From positions 1 through 64,000 of the IMG/VR virus record IMGVR_UViG_3300027985_000286: a DNA stretch of 64,000 nt; one strand, given 5' to 3'. A program made the translations under genes and the position numbers. Shown here piece by piece: positions 8,885-18,264 of this stretch. Every line of letters starts with the position of its first letter. The first letter of the stretch is position 1. Source of the DNA: a virus. Under the pieces are notes generated by a model. It searched no databases. It was not told the DNA's origin and saw only the letters and a program-made list of their open reading frames with translations.

Positions 8885-9138
8885 TAAGAAATCCTCTTAG
8901 CAAGGTTCCATGACATATCATGGAGGTAAGTGTTAAACCAGCGTCTGATTGTGTAGCTGCGCACCAAGCTGATTAGCGTAAACCAAACACCGATGAGAAG
9001 GTTGTCGTGCAAAGGGATGTGAATCCCAAACCAAGGGAAAATGATTACCTGCGATGCAATTGCAATGCCATAGCCAATGACGATATTGGCAATAGATTCA
9101 ATCAAAGACCCGAGTCTACTCTGGTCCATCTGTTTCAT
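8884..9138 (-). CDS. small membrane protein
   Basis: QSR.GSL.E..AN..IGY, two hydrophobic helices, RSY.IRRWF. Confidence 0.7.
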   Translation of the reverse strand: MKQMDQSRLGSLIESIANIVIGYGIAIASQVIIFPWFGIHIPLHDNLLIGVWFTLISLVRSYTIRRWFNTYLHDMSWNLAKRIS

Positions 9139-9379
9139 CCTCTATCTGAAACAAACCACTAGGGTTTAGCGTTGAACGAAAATCACTATCAGTGAAGTAT
9201 GTCTTTTGGGTCTTTTTGGTTTTCTTGTGCTGATGAAGGAGTTGGTGCAATTCATCGACGATAGTCTCACCTTCTCTTTCAATGAGAAGGTCTAGCTCTT
9301 TCAAGTCAAGGGATGGAGGAATTCTTGGATTCATATCTTCGTCCGGACCAATGAACAAAAGGGGAGGTATACCCTTCAT
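9116..9379 (-). CDS. hypothetical protein
   Basis: AAGGTG SD; collinear with operon. Confidence 0.5.
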   Translation of the reverse strand: MKGIPPLLFIGPDEDMNPRIPPSLDLKELDLLIEREGETIVDELHQLLHQHKKTKKTQKTYFTDSDFRSTLNPSGLFQIEDETDGPE

Positions 9380-9390
9380 AGTGTCACCTT

Positions 9391-9420
9391 AAAGATTGGG
9401 TGGGCATTGCGCCCACCCAA
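9391..9420 (-). terminator. intrinsic terminator after gene 32
   Basis: TTGGGTGGGC-GCAAT-GCCCACCCAA then TCTTT on minus strand. Confidence 0.75.
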
Positions 9421-9425
9421 CGGTG

Positions 9426-10385
9426 TTACAGAGAGGCAAAGAATGCCATGTCGTCGTCTTCCTCCACACTTCCAGCAGCAGGAGGAGAAGACTGGTCAGG
9501 GGCCGTGTCAACTGTGCTAGCAGGCTCGTTCTGATTATGGATGGGGAGTCTTGAATCCTCGCCAGTTGAATCAGATGCCTTTTGGCCAGCAGAGGCAGGA
9601 ACGTTACCGTTCATGCCCAGCACCTTATGAAGATGAGCCTTCAGAACATCGTAGCTCTTGAAGAGCTTGGGATCGTTGAACTCCGTAAGGGAGAACGTAC
9701 CCTTCCACACCTCTTCCTTCTTAGCATCATTGCCAGGGAAAAGCTCTGACGGGTCAGCGAACTTAGAGTCCTCGTAATTAGGGACGACCTTGTTCTTACC
9801 GGTCCGTCTATCAGGCATTTCACGCCCAGAAGAACGATACTTGAAGTTGCACCCAAACCACATATCGAACGGGTCAACTGGAGTATCGTCCGCGTACTGA
9901 GGATTCACTGCCTTGTCGATAAAGTTCTTGACCTGCTTACCGAAGCGAAACAGGAAAACCTTACCGTTGTTCTCTGGGTGAACAGGGTCATCAACAACAA
10001 GGATGTTTGAAACGAACTTGAGGTTCTGATTCCGTTCACGAAGCTTCTTCTTCTTCGACTCGTCGTTGGCTTCCTTTGCAGCAGGCCACTCTTCGGCATT
10101 CAGCTCGGCAACAGGGTCAGGCTCACCGATAGAAGTGAGACTGCGCTCTGAATACACGCCACCAGGACCACGGAAGAAGAAAGACACCTCCTTGACGATA
10201 GAGTCATCACCATCCGGAGGAGGCAAGAACCGAATCGTTGCACTGCCGCACATCGTAGAATCTAGAGTCAGATTCCAAAAGCGGCCATCTTCCTTCTGGC
10301 TACCACCTCTATTGAGGTCATCGAGCTTCTTCTGAAGATCTTCAACACCCTTACCTGCACGACCTTTTAGCTTTGAAAAGTCCAC
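9426..10385 (-). CDS. 32: single-stranded DNA-binding protein gp32
   Basis: DGRFW, IRFLP, NILVVDDPVHPENNGKVFLFRFGK, acidic tail DDDMAFFASL; GTG start at 10385 after AAGGA. Confidence 0.93.
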   Translation of the reverse strand: MDFSKLKGRAGKGVEDLQKKLDDLNRGGSQKEDGRFWNLTLDSTMCGSATIRFLPPPDGDDSIVKEVSFFFRGPGGVYSERSLTSIGEPDPVAELNAEEWPAAKEANDESKKKKLRERNQNLKFVSNILVVDDPVHPENNGKVFLFRFGKQVKNFIDKAVNPQYADDTPVDPFDMWFGCNFKYRSSGREMPDRRTGKNKVVPNYEDSKFADPSELFPGNDAKKEEVWKGTFSLTEFNDPKLFKSYDVLKAHLHKVLGMNGNVPASAGQKASDSTGEDSRLPIHNQNEPASTVDTAPDQSSPPAAGSVEEDDDMAFFASL

Positions 10386-10462
10386 GTCTGTTTCCTTTTT
10401 TGAGTTAGTAATCGCTCTCTTGTTGCTAATTGTGCTCTCGGCACAGGCAAACTGAAGCAAGG

Positions 10463-10468
10463 TATTTA
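10463..10468 (-). promoter_or_regulatory. late promoter upstream of gene 32
   Basis: CTAAATAC on minus strand in the 59-32 intergenic gap. Confidence 0.6.
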
Positions 10469-10480
10469 GCATGAGGAAAA

Positions 10481-11098
10481 CTAGCCCAATTCAAGAACAG
10501 CTAGAGAATCCCAGTCAACCCGCATGAACGGTCTGAACCTCTCTAGCTTTTTCATTGTTGGCTCCCAAAGGATAGGGTCTGCAATCTTGACGTCGTCCCC
10601 GCCCAATACCTTTGAGAGTACAATGTAAGACCAGGGTCGAATCACCTTGGCCATCAGAAGCTTGAACACTTCTGGGTGATCGTTTTTCTTTACAGCAGTG
10701 AAGAACTCTTGAGGGTTTAGCGCCGCATGTTTCTTTACCTCTTTAACGTCATCCTTAAATGAGGACGGGAGCCTATTCTCGTATTCTACATACTCGCGGT
10801 ACAAATTCATAGCACTTCCTGTTAGAAGTTTCTTGACGAATACCTTATCGTCTAACAAGAAATTAACTGCAATGAACGTACGTAGAGCAGAAGTAGGCTT
10901 ATCGCGAAAGGTGTACTCAAGCCTGGCAAAATCTTTCTTGTCCTTCCTTAACCGATAACTAGCAACCGAAGAGCTAGTTGACCAGTTGTATTTGGTACCA
11001 TCGTAGTCAACGTCTGGTAGGAAGTGCAGCTTTACCGCCAAGTATTCGCGATACGCATTAAACCCTGGTATGCGATAAGGCTTGGCTTGTTCTGTCAT
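10481..11098 (-). CDS. 59: helicase loader gp59
   Basis: GFNAYREYLAVKLHF...YD..KY, RKDK..F..L; position between 33 and 32. Confidence 0.85.
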   Translation of the reverse strand: MTEQAKPYRIPGFNAYREYLAVKLHFLPDVDYDGTKYNWSTSSSVASYRLRKDKKDFARLEYTFRDKPTSALRTFIAVNFLLDDKVFVKKLLTGSAMNLYREYVEYENRLPSSFKDDVKEVKKHAALNPQEFFTAVKKNDHPEVFKLLMAKVIRPWSYIVLSKVLGGDDVKIADPILWEPTMKKLERFRPFMRVDWDSLAVLELG

Positions 11099-11364
11099 AG
11101 TGGTAAGGTTGGCTTCTTCTTTGACCGTATAATTCTAGCACCTTCCGCTTCTACGCGCAACCGCTCTTTCAAGGTTTCGTCAACAAGGTGCACAAGGTCG
11201 TCACCGTCAAGATCATGGTCTGCACAAAACACACCAATAGCCTCAATCATGCTCTCTGCTTTCTTTGACTCAACAATCTCCACCAGTTCAAGGTGAAAGC
11301 TTTCTGGTGTGTACACTTTACTCTTGATGTCTTCCTCGATGTCTTTGATGCTAACTTTGCTCAT
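11095..11364 (-). CDS. 33: late transcription co-activator gp33
   Basis: F..E..EIV...SMIEAI..FC...D, LKERLRVEA, C-terminal LPL; synteny. Confidence 0.8.
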   Translation of the reverse strand: MSKVSIKDIEEDIKSKVYTPESFHLELVEIVESKKAESMIEAIGVFCADHDLDGDDLVHLVDETLKERLRVEAEGARIIRSKKKPTLPL

Positions 11365-11533
11365 GCTTGATTAGGTTCCCTAGTGTGTCGTATCCTATGA
11401 ACTCACCAAGATGGTACGACACTACGTTCCAGCCACATTTGTTCACGTAGCTCTCGATATTGTTTGTGACGATGTGTCTGAACCAGTCACCGTTAATGTT
11501 CCTACAGATTACTGTCCAGGTTAACATCGTCAC
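11351..11533 (-). CDS. hypothetical protein
   Basis: GGGGG SD, fills gap in operon. Confidence 0.45.
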   Translation of the reverse strand: MTMLTWTVICRNINGDWFRHIVTNNIESYVNKCGWNVVSYHLGEFIGYDTLGNLIKHEQS

Positions 11534-11536
11534 CCC

Positions 11537-12265
11537 CTAAAAGATATTGAAGAACGCAAGTTCCTTCTTATCTAGCTTCCCTTCGTAAGCTAATTTAACA
11601 CGTCGGGCCTCACGCATAAAAGGCCCGATAGGCTGTAGGATTGCTCGGCACTTGATATCGTATTCACTGGCCATGATAATGAAGCACTGTTCTGGGGTTT
11701 GTCCGTACCGCTCTTCCCACATCAGGCCGTAAATCCCTGTCTGAATGAGATATTTGAATATCTTCTTCTTTCCCCATTTAGCAAACTGCCCGGCATATCT
11801 GGCAGTCTTAAAGTCTCCGATAGTGAGCTTACTGTTGACGTATCCTACAATGTCTACAGACCCAGCAACACCAACATCGTCGGAGTATAGCGGATATTCA
11901 ACAGCTAGTACCTCGGTGAACTTGTTGATGTGGACACGGGCACGGTTAAAGAGCACACCATACCTAGGGTTATAGTTTTTGACGTCAAACGTGTCTAGTG
12001 TGATGTAATCCTCGCACATCTTGTGGAACGCTGTACCACGGTCTGCAGCATCCATGGTAATACGCTTGGCTTCATCCTCTCCAATCCTCTCGACCCAGTC
12101 TTTAATCCCACCATCATCCATTACTTTCAGGATGGTGGTTGCGCTAGGATAAGAGTTCCCCTCTGGCGTGGTATAGTGGCGCACGCCAGTATCTTGGGTA
12201 ACACAACCGATGCCTTCGAGTCGAGCAGCTGGATTGAATGCAGGCTTTCTTAGGAGGCTCGTCAA
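11537..12265 (-). CDS. PD-(D/E)XK exonuclease
   Basis: RHY.TPEG.SYPS.TTIL, RGT.FH, VE..LYS, AGSVD, DFKT, Q...Y..M. Confidence 0.85.
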   Translation of the reverse strand: MTSLLRKPAFNPAARLEGIGCVTQDTGVRHYTTPEGNSYPSATTILKVMDDGGIKDWVERIGEDEAKRITMDAADRGTAFHKMCEDYITLDTFDVKNYNPRYGVLFNRARVHINKFTEVLAVEYPLYSDDVGVAGSVDIVGYVNSKLTIGDFKTARYAGQFAKWGKKKIFKYLIQTGIYGLMWEERYGQTPEQCFIIMASEYDIKCRAILQPIGPFMREARRVKLAYEGKLDKKELAFFNIF

Positions 12266-12615
12266 ACCAGTTCAACCCCTTCTTCATCGTCTTGGTCAGT
12301 TACACCAATACCCCTCTCTAACAGCCAGTGCTCGATGTACGCCTTCTTTTCCAGAAGAACTGTAAGAGTAGCCTGAGTAACTGCAACACCAACATAGCAC
12401 CCACCCATATCTACCTTGCCTCCACTCCCATCACTGTGTGACGAGAGGACACAATAGTAGACCTCCCCTTCGTCAATCCCTGGGATCTTAGCGCTCTTAG
12501 ATATACCTGCTTCAATCCCCATCAGTCTGGAGTTGGTGTTGTTGATTGCTTTAACAACGTTATTGTAAATACCAACAACGGTATTGATTTCACTCAACTG
12601 TTTCGTACTAATCAT
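12262..12615 (-). CDS. hypothetical protein
   Basis: ATGA-coupled ORF. Confidence 0.6.
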   Translation of the reverse strand: MISTKQLSEINTVVGIYNNVVKAINNTNSRLMGIEAGISKSAKIPGIDEGEVYYCVLSSHSDGSGGKVDMGGCYVGVAVTQATLTVLLEKKAYIEHWLLERGIGVTDQDDEEGVELV

Positions 12616-12995
12616 TCCTTAATTCCTCCTCGTTCAAATACTCTGGCTCGGTTTACCATAACCTCACCGTCTGAAGGTTCCCAGTTGCCCATCCATTCGT
12701 CAGGAATACCTACAACGAGTGAATCAACATCTGTATGCTGAATGTTGTACCCTCGCCGTAGGCATTCAGATACGACTGCTTTTTGTCTACTCACTAGCCA
12801 TCCGAGTCTTGGGTAGAAGAAACGACAATGACCAGTCCCTAGGGTGTAGCGACTAGGGTTGCGTTTATCGAGAGGAGACTCACCGCGTTTAATTGCTGCA
12901 CGGACATACCCAAAGATCCTGGGTAACTCACGGTACTCAGCAATCAGAGTTTTTTGTTTCAGCACCGTAGGGTCAAGCAGATTAACCCTAGTCAT
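12612..12995 (-). CDS. denV: pyrimidine-dimer DNA glycosylase (endonuclease V)
   Basis: MTRVNL...L.AEYRELPRIF, YTLGTGH.RFFY..L.WL..R, E.L.RGY. Confidence 0.93.
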   Translation of the reverse strand: MTRVNLLDPTVLKQKTLIAEYRELPRIFGYVRAAIKRGESPLDKRNPSRYTLGTGHCRFFYPRLGWLVSRQKAVVSECLRRGYNIQHTDVDSLVVGIPDEWMGNWEPSDGEVMVNRARVFERGGIKE

Positions 12996-13246
12996 TATCC
13001 TAATTCCTCAAGCCAAGGGTTGCAAGAAAGAGTCATCCAGCTCTGGTGAGAGTCATCCTGGGTTTGCTCTTCTTCTGGTGTTGTCCTAACCATTGCTTGC
13101 AGGTAGAAGTACCCGTCTGCGTACGCAACCCCACCTTGGCACGACCAGCCTTCTTTCTTTCCTAGAAGTCGATTCACTTCAGTAGCCAAGTCAGACAGGT
13201 TGAATGACCGGACAATCAGATACTCCTGTGTCAATCTACTTTCCAC
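12995..13246 (-). CDS. DUF1737-like small protein
   Basis: EY.IV...L...VN.LL..GW..QGGV...Y.QAMVR; GTG start after GAGAGG. Confidence 0.6.
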   Translation of the reverse strand: MESRLTQEYLIVRSFNLSDLATEVNRLLGKKEGWSCQGGVAYADGYFYLQAMVRTTPEEEQTQDDSHQSWMTLSCNPWLEELG

Positions 13247-13299
13247 GTAATGCCTCTCTAATAAGTAGCCTAAAGGAACATCACATGCGAGTTTAACAA

Positions 13300-13806
13300 A
13301 TGACAGAAAAGAAGTCAAGTAGACAGAGATACTACCAGGGTAAGTACCGGCCAATCAACAGAGAAAAGATACTAGGCAACCCTGACAATATTGTATATAG
13401 GTCGGGCTGGGAACGAGACCTCATGAAAAAGTTTGATACATCTCCTGATGTGCTGAAGTGGGGTAGTGAAGTTGAAGGGCAGCACATATGGTACAAGTCT
13501 CCTGTGGACGGACAGAAACACCGGTACTTTCCGGATTTCATCTTAGTCACTAGAAGCTCATCAAACGTCAAAGGACACGACGTTAGTTTACTTGAGGTCA
13601 AGCCATACGGTCAATGTTTCCCTCCCCAGCAAAGAGGTAAAAAGAAGGTAAGGTACGTCCATGAGGTCAAAACGTACTTGGTTAACCAAGCCAAATGGAG
13701 GGCTGCCAGAGAGTGGGCTACAGCACGAGGTTGGGTGTTTAAGGTAGTCACAGAACAAGGCGTACTAGAGGCAAGTGAAGCCATCAACGAAGAGCTTGTG
13801 TTCTGA
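13300..13806 (+). CDS. 4: head completion nuclease gp4 (TnsA-like)
   Basis: YQGKYRP.N.EK..G...IVYRSGWE, KWGSE, HRYFPDF, LEVKP, VNQAKW.AA. Confidence 0.9.
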   Translation: MTEKKSSRQRYYQGKYRPINREKILGNPDNIVYRSGWERDLMKKFDTSPDVLKWGSEVEGQHIWYKSPVDGQKHRYFPDFILVTRSSSNVKGHDVSLLEVKPYGQCFPPQQRGKKKVRYVHEVKTYLVNQAKWRAAREWATARGWVFKVVTEQGVLEASEAINEELVF

Positions 13807-13852
13807 ATTCGTTAGCGTTATTGTAGTCACTACTAGGTAACTCAGCGACTCA

Positions 13853-14206
13853 GTGAAAACAATGAAGAATCCACGCAGATATTATGTACCGAAGCTGGCT
13901 GGTGCCAACCAGCTTCCCATGAAAGAGAGGGAGCGCCTCCTCCTAGATGAACTGCGCAAGAGTGGTACTGGAGGCGTTCCTATGAATTACATAGACCCTA
14001 AGATCCTCAAGGGGCTGATCAAGAGAGGAGACGTGGTGTTGTTCACCCATTACTCCCCTCCGTTTACCTTGAGTAAGGTCAACTATCGGATGGTCAGAGC
14101 AAGGGAGTTTCCCAAGCAGGTTGACATTCCTGTTAGAGTGCCATACGCTAAACGCAAAGCAGATCTAGACGCTGCGGGGTTGAGGAGAAGGAGGGCAACA
14201 AAATGA
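13853..14206 (+). CDS. hypothetical basic protein
   Basis: ORF downstream of TTGTGT-17-TATTGT (13796-13824). Confidence 0.55.
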   Translation: MKTMKNPRRYYVPKLAGANQLPMKERERLLLDELRKSGTGGVPMNYIDPKILKGLIKRGDVVLFTHYSPPFTLSKVNYRMVRAREFPKQVDIPVRVPYAKRKADLDAAGLRRRRATK

Positions 14207-14637
14207 AAGTACCTGCTGTTAAGATTAAAGATAGTGTTCTGAGCGCCACTGAAAAATTGTACGGCGTTACAGAAGCAATGGCCCATATGGTAGGCAAGTG
14301 CTACACCACGTTTTTACCATACAACGGTGGAATTTTGGTTGATGGTATGTGGGACTTCTCTTTGGAGGATATTGAGTACGTTGAGGTTGAGGTCAGGGTC
14401 GATCCGAAGTCCTGCCGTACTACCTGCGAAACCTGGGTCTTGCTCAATGCCGCGCTCCCTAACCCAGAAGAGTACCCTCGGGTTCTGATCTACACTAAAA
14501 ACGATACGTTCGACGGCAAGCAGTATTTTGACGTCGACGCCAATCACCTAAATGAGGAGTTCTTTGCAGACCCGAGCCTGCAACCCAAGGAATGCAAAGC
14601 TGCGACGCACTGGACTGCTCTACCGTTTAAGATGTGA
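14203..14637 (+). CDS. hypothetical protein (paralog family with 14964 and 19036)
   Basis: ATGA overlap; KIKD...TE...WDF..EDIE. Confidence 0.6.
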   Translation: MKVPAVKIKDSVLSATEKLYGVTEAMAHMVGKCYTTFLPYNGGILVDGMWDFSLEDIEYVEVEVRVDPKSCRTTCETWVLLNAALPNPEEYPRVLIYTKNDTFDGKQYFDVDANHLNEEFFADPSLQPKECKAATHWTALPFKM

Positions 14638-14656
14638 AAACTGTAGGAGGACTACA

Positions 14657-14989
14657 ATGACCATGAAATCAATCAAAGAGCGAGTTTGGGATTACCTGAT
14701 TGAGGGTGTTGTGTCTAACACCCCCGAGGACTGTGCTGTAATCTATAACTCCCTCACTGACGACGAGAAGGATACGCTCAAGGAAATGATGCGCCACCCT
14801 ATTGACCTGTCTGACAAGGGAAACGCGCAATACAGTAAGGCAAGTTCCTGGCTAATCGAAGAGGGGTTGGCCACATACGTGAACTTTGATGGGTATGACT
14901 ATCTGGCTGCAACCATTATGGGTTCGCGGGTAATGATTGGTGTCAACAAAGGAAACCAGGGTAATGACGACAATTCGAATAAAGGATGA
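14657..14989 (+). CDS. hypothetical protein, possible winged helix
   Basis: AGGAGG SD, ATG 14657. Confidence 0.6.
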   Translation: MTMKSIKERVWDYLIEGVVSNTPEDCAVIYNSLTDDEKDTLKEMMRHPIDLSDKGNAQYSKASSWLIEEGLATYVNFDGYDYLAATIMGSRVMIGVNKGNQGNDDNSNKG

Positions 14990-15371
14990 CCTGAGCAAGA
15001 CCGAAAAGTTCTGTTCGGTCACGAGTGCCATGCTCGAAGCCAGGGGAAACACGTATAACAGTTCCGATAGCATCATTGAGTTTGGTACATTAGACAGAAT
15101 CTTCGACAAGTTCAACTATGTGACAGTGAAGCCGAACAAGGAGCCGTTCTTCGCTGTATGGATGTTTCACGCTGACGATGTAGATGTCATTAATGAAGGA
15201 TCACCTACGATTACGCCTTATGTCACTACAGATGAATGGATGGATAGACATCCGCAGCTGATCTCCAACATCCACGCAACGCTGAAATACACGTTGCGTG
15301 GAAGTCCAGAAGACATTAATATCGCAACTAGAATGTTGGCAATTCAATTCAGACAGGAGTTTGAAAAGTGA
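14964..15371 (+). CDS. hypothetical protein (paralog family)
   Basis: RIKDDL.KTE...WMFHADDVD. Confidence 0.6.
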   Translation: MTTIRIKDDLSKTEKFCSVTSAMLEARGNTYNSSDSIIEFGTLDRIFDKFNYVTVKPNKEPFFAVWMFHADDVDVINEGSPTITPYVTTDEWMDRHPQLISNIHATLKYTLRGSPEDINIATRMLAIQFRQEFEK

Positions 15372-15529
15372 GTAATAAAGATCTGAGCCGTAAGTTCTTC
15401 ATGGTTTTCAAAGACCGTCAGGCGATGGGTGACCTTCCCCGGACCCACGAGAACTGCCGCGAAAAGACCGGCGTCGCTCGACCTGGGAAGACTGGGCAGG
15501 ACAACGCCCGTCGAACTCGTTCTAAGTAA
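15368..15529 (+). CDS. hypothetical 53-aa basic protein (not in ORF track)
   Basis: GTGA overlap with previous stop, AGGAG SD; MSNKDLSRKFF...RRTRSK*. Confidence 0.45.
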   Translation: MSNKDLSRKFFMVFKDRQAMGDLPRTHENCREKTGVARPGKTGQDNARRTRSK

Positions 15530-15555
15530 GGTGTTGTTCGTGGTGTAACCTCCGA

Positions 15556-15587
15556 TTGGGGTTGGTGTAACAGCCAACCCAATTTTT
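15556..15587 (+). terminator. intrinsic terminator
   Basis: ATTGGGGTTGG...CCAACCCAAT followed by TTTT. Confidence 0.65.
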
Positions 15588-15590
15588 ACT

Positions 15591-15619
15591 TTGCTTTTGC
15601 TGCAATGTTCTGTTAGACT
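15591..15619 (+). promoter_or_regulatory. sigma70-type early promoter
   Basis: TTGCTT-17 bp-TAGACT with TG extended -10. Confidence 0.65.
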
Positions 15620-15666
15620 TAGCCTCGAGTACCTAACAAGGCTCTCTAACAAAGGAGTGATACGTA

Positions 15667-17697
15667 ATGATTGACAAGTTCCAGGCCTTTTCTGATAAGG
15701 TCGAGCATCAGTACAACCGTATGGCCGCCGAAGAAGGTGAGCTGTATACGGTTGACCTCCCAAACATTTTCGACATCTACCTGGAAGCGTTCCCTAAGGG
15801 TACCAATCCAGTGTTCCGCGAGCGGACTGAACACGATTGCTCCTGCTGCAAGAATTTCGTGCGGCATCTGGGCAACGTGGTCAAGATTCGTAAGACCAAG
15901 AAGGACGGTTTCTGGATTGAGACCATCTGGGACGTTGAAGGGCTCCCATACCCCTATGATGAAGTGGCTGTCATCCTCGGTGATCACATTCGAGCCAGCG
16001 CAATCAACGGCGTGTTTCGATCAAAGGAGGCTTCCTTCGGCAACAAGAAGACCTACGAACGGGTTGCCGAAAACGTCAAGACCTGGCATCACTTCTACGG
16101 CAAGGTGAACAGCAAGCATCGCCTGGAAAAGGGCAGTCGGACCTCAGCTGATCAGATTAACGGGGATGTCAACACCAAGGTCAAGGTTGTCAAGAGAGGT
16201 CTGGAAGAGATTGATGTAAACGCCTTGCGCAGTATCTCTGACCTCATTAAGGAAAAGGTACTGTACCGTGGAGAGGAGTTCGCCCAGGTCGTTTCTGAGT
16301 ACACTACGCTCAAGGTGAACTACGATAAGGTTCCGGATGACCAGAAGATGCTTTATGTCTGGTTCCATCGCAGTGATCGGAGTGCTCTGTTCCGCAATAC
16401 TGTGATCGGCACTCTCGCTCAGGACCTGACCAAGGGTGATGACCTCGAATCTGCAGTGCGGTCTTTTGAGTTGAAGGTCGCTCCGACCAACTACAAGCGA
16501 CCGAAGGCTCTCATCACTAAGAAGATGGTTGACAGTGCTCTGGCTACACTCAAGGAGAACAACCTTGATACTGCAATTGAGCGCCGTCTCGCCAAGCTGT
16601 CTGACGTGTCTGTGAACGATGTGCTGTTTGTGGACAACACGGTCAAGTCGGTTCTCAAGGGTGGTCATCTCGAAGAGTTGCTTTTGAGCAGCATCACGAA
16701 GAAGGATTCCAAGGTGGCGATTGCACATGACATCACCGGGGAGGAATTCTTCAAGCGTGTGGTCCCTGGAGCAAGTAACATTTCCATTTATTTGAGCGGC
16801 GATCATCTGAATAACTTTGTGACCCTTACCGCTCCTGTTCACGATGATGTTGCTCCTCTGTTCAAGTGGGACAACAACTTCTCTTGGTCTTATGATGGTG
16901 ACGTCACCGACTCCATCAAGGAGCGAGTGAAGAGGGCCGGAGGTAACGTCAGCGGAAAGCTTCGTGTCTCTCTGGCATGGTTCAACAAGGATGACCTTGA
17001 CATCCACGTTCACGAACCGAACCGTAACCATATCTACTTCGGCAACAAGAGCGGTAAGTTGGATGTAGATATGAACGTAGCATCGCCGGTTCGCGATGCT
17101 GTTGAGAACGTCACTTGGACTGACAGTAACCTGGCAGACGGGGAGTACCGGGTGGTTGTTCACAACTATAACCAGAGAGAGACGGACAACGTAGGATTCC
17201 TAATTGAGGTTGAATACGAGGGCAACGTTCGCACGTACTCGTTCGACAGTGCGGTGGGTAGCCGCTCGTATGTCGATGCTATCACCTTCAGCGTGAAGAA
17301 GGGTAAGCTCGTAGAGATCAAGGAATCAGCTGGTGTTCGACTCTCTGGTTCTGCTACTGCAGAGAAGTGGGGTTTGACTACCAACACGCTCGTGCCTGTT
17401 GACATCCTGTTGCTCTCCCCGAACTATTGGGGTGACAACAAGGTCGGGAACAAGCACTGGTTCTTTATTCTGAGAGGATGCAAGAATCCTGAGCCGGTGC
17501 GAGGTATCTACAACGAGTACCTGCGGCCTTCTCTCGATAAGCACCGCAAGGTATTTGAGGTGCTTGGGGCTAAGACCAAGTGTCCTGTGGCAGACGAGCA
17601 GCTTTCAGGGGTTGGGTTCTCCTCAACCAGACACGATACGGTAACTGCACACGTTACCACCGGCAACCGTACTACCGCTTACAACATCACGTTCTAA
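15667..17697 (+). CDS. large conserved phage protein with C-terminal YfaP/DUF2135-like domain
   Basis: HDCSCC near N-terminus; LRVSLAW...DDLDIHV.EP, LDVDMN, AVENV.W; strong SD. Confidence 0.7.
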   Translation: MIDKFQAFSDKVEHQYNRMAAEEGELYTVDLPNIFDIYLEAFPKGTNPVFRERTEHDCSCCKNFVRHLGNVVKIRKTKKDGFWIETIWDVEGLPYPYDEVAVILGDHIRASAINGVFRSKEASFGNKKTYERVAENVKTWHHFYGKVNSKHRLEKGSRTSADQINGDVNTKVKVVKRGLEEIDVNALRSISDLIKEKVLYRGEEFAQVVSEYTTLKVNYDKVPDDQKMLYVWFHRSDRSALFRNTVIGTLAQDLTKGDDLESAVRSFELKVAPTNYKRPKALITKKMVDSALATLKENNLDTAIERRLAKLSDVSVNDVLFVDNTVKSVLKGGHLEELLLSSITKKDSKVAIAHDITGEEFFKRVVPGASNISIYLSGDHLNNFVTLTAPVHDDVAPLFKWDNNFSWSYDGDVTDSIKERVKRAGGNVSGKLRVSLAWFNKDDLDIHVHEPNRNHIYFGNKSGKLDVDMNVASPVRDAVENVTWTDSNLADGEYRVVVHNYNQRETDNVGFLIEVEYEGNVRTYSFDSAVGSRSYVDAITFSVKKGKLVEIKESAGVRLSGSATAEKWGLTTNTLVPVDILLLSPNYWGDNKVGNKHWFFILRGCKNPEPVRGIYNEYLRPSLDKHRKVFEVLGAKTKCPVADEQLSGVGFSSTRHDTVTAHVTTGNRTTAYNITF

Positions 17698-17710
17698 AGG
17701 AGGAACGACA

Positions 17711-18124
17711 ATGGCAGAAAAGAACATTTTTGAAGTGGCAACCCGTGAGAAGTTTCGCTTCCAGTCTATCCGAGGTGAGCTGACGGTCGAGCAGCTCTGG
17801 GATATGCAGCTCCTTGCTCGTCAGGGTGACTTCGACCTCGACAACATCGCGAAGAAGATCTTCACCAACCTGAAGTCAATGGAAGAAGAATCCTTCGTTC
17901 GTACTCGCCCCAACCCGAAGAAGGCCGTGGAGGAGATGAAGCTGGAAATCGTCAAGCATATCATCCGGGTCAAGCAGGATGAGAAGGCGATTGCCAAGGC
18001 TGCAGCTGATCGGGCAGAGCGTCGCAACCAGCTCATGAAGGCCCTCGCAGAAAAGGAGAACGAGGAGCTGGAAAACAAGACGAAGGCGGAGATCATCAAG
18101 GAGCTGGAAGAACTCGGTGGTTAA
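17711..18124 (+). CDS. conserved coiled-coil phage protein, partner of upstream gene
   Basis: NIFE.ATR.KFRF...RG.L.VEQLWD; AAGGAGG SD. Confidence 0.7.
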   Translation: MAEKNIFEVATREKFRFQSIRGELTVEQLWDMQLLARQGDFDLDNIAKKIFTNLKSMEEESFVRTRPNPKKAVEEMKLEIVKHIIRVKQDEKAIAKAAADRAERRNQLMKALAEKENEELENKTKAEIIKELEELGG

Positions 18125-18149
18125 GAACCTGCTGGTCTTGAGCTAAACC

Positions 18150-18185
18150 GAATCCCTGGATGGTGCAAATCATCCAGGGATTCTT
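18150..18185 (+). terminator. intrinsic terminator
   Basis: GAATCCCTGGATG-8 nt-CATCCAGGGATTC, 13-bp stem. Confidence 0.75.
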
Positions 18186-18195
18186 GTAAAAGTGC

Positions 18196-18223
18196 TTGCA
18201 TCTTTGATGCGTGCGTGTATACT
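18196..18223 (+). promoter_or_regulatory. sigma70-type early promoter
   Basis: TTGCAT-16 bp-TATACT. Confidence 0.6.
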
Positions 18224-18264
18224 AACAACATACAAACAACGCAGCATTGAAGAAGGACTACAAA

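Noticed and set aside
11537-12265. Cas4 / CRISPR locus
   Set aside because: No Fe-S cysteines, no repeat-spacer array and no other cas genes; it is an ordinary phage PD-(D/E)XK exonuclease.
13300-13806. Tn7 TnsA transposase / mobile element
   Set aside because: The motifs match T4 gp4 head-completion protein; no other tns genes or element ends are present.
15372-15550. Structured ncRNA in an apparent gap
   Set aside because: Explained by a 53-codon ORF (15368-15529) with SD and GTGA overlap, followed by a terminator.
16144-17163. Long antisense ORFs (also 48744-49409, 60436-61281 and others)
   Set aside because: These are shadows of strongly biased sense-strand genes, with no SD or recognisable motifs.
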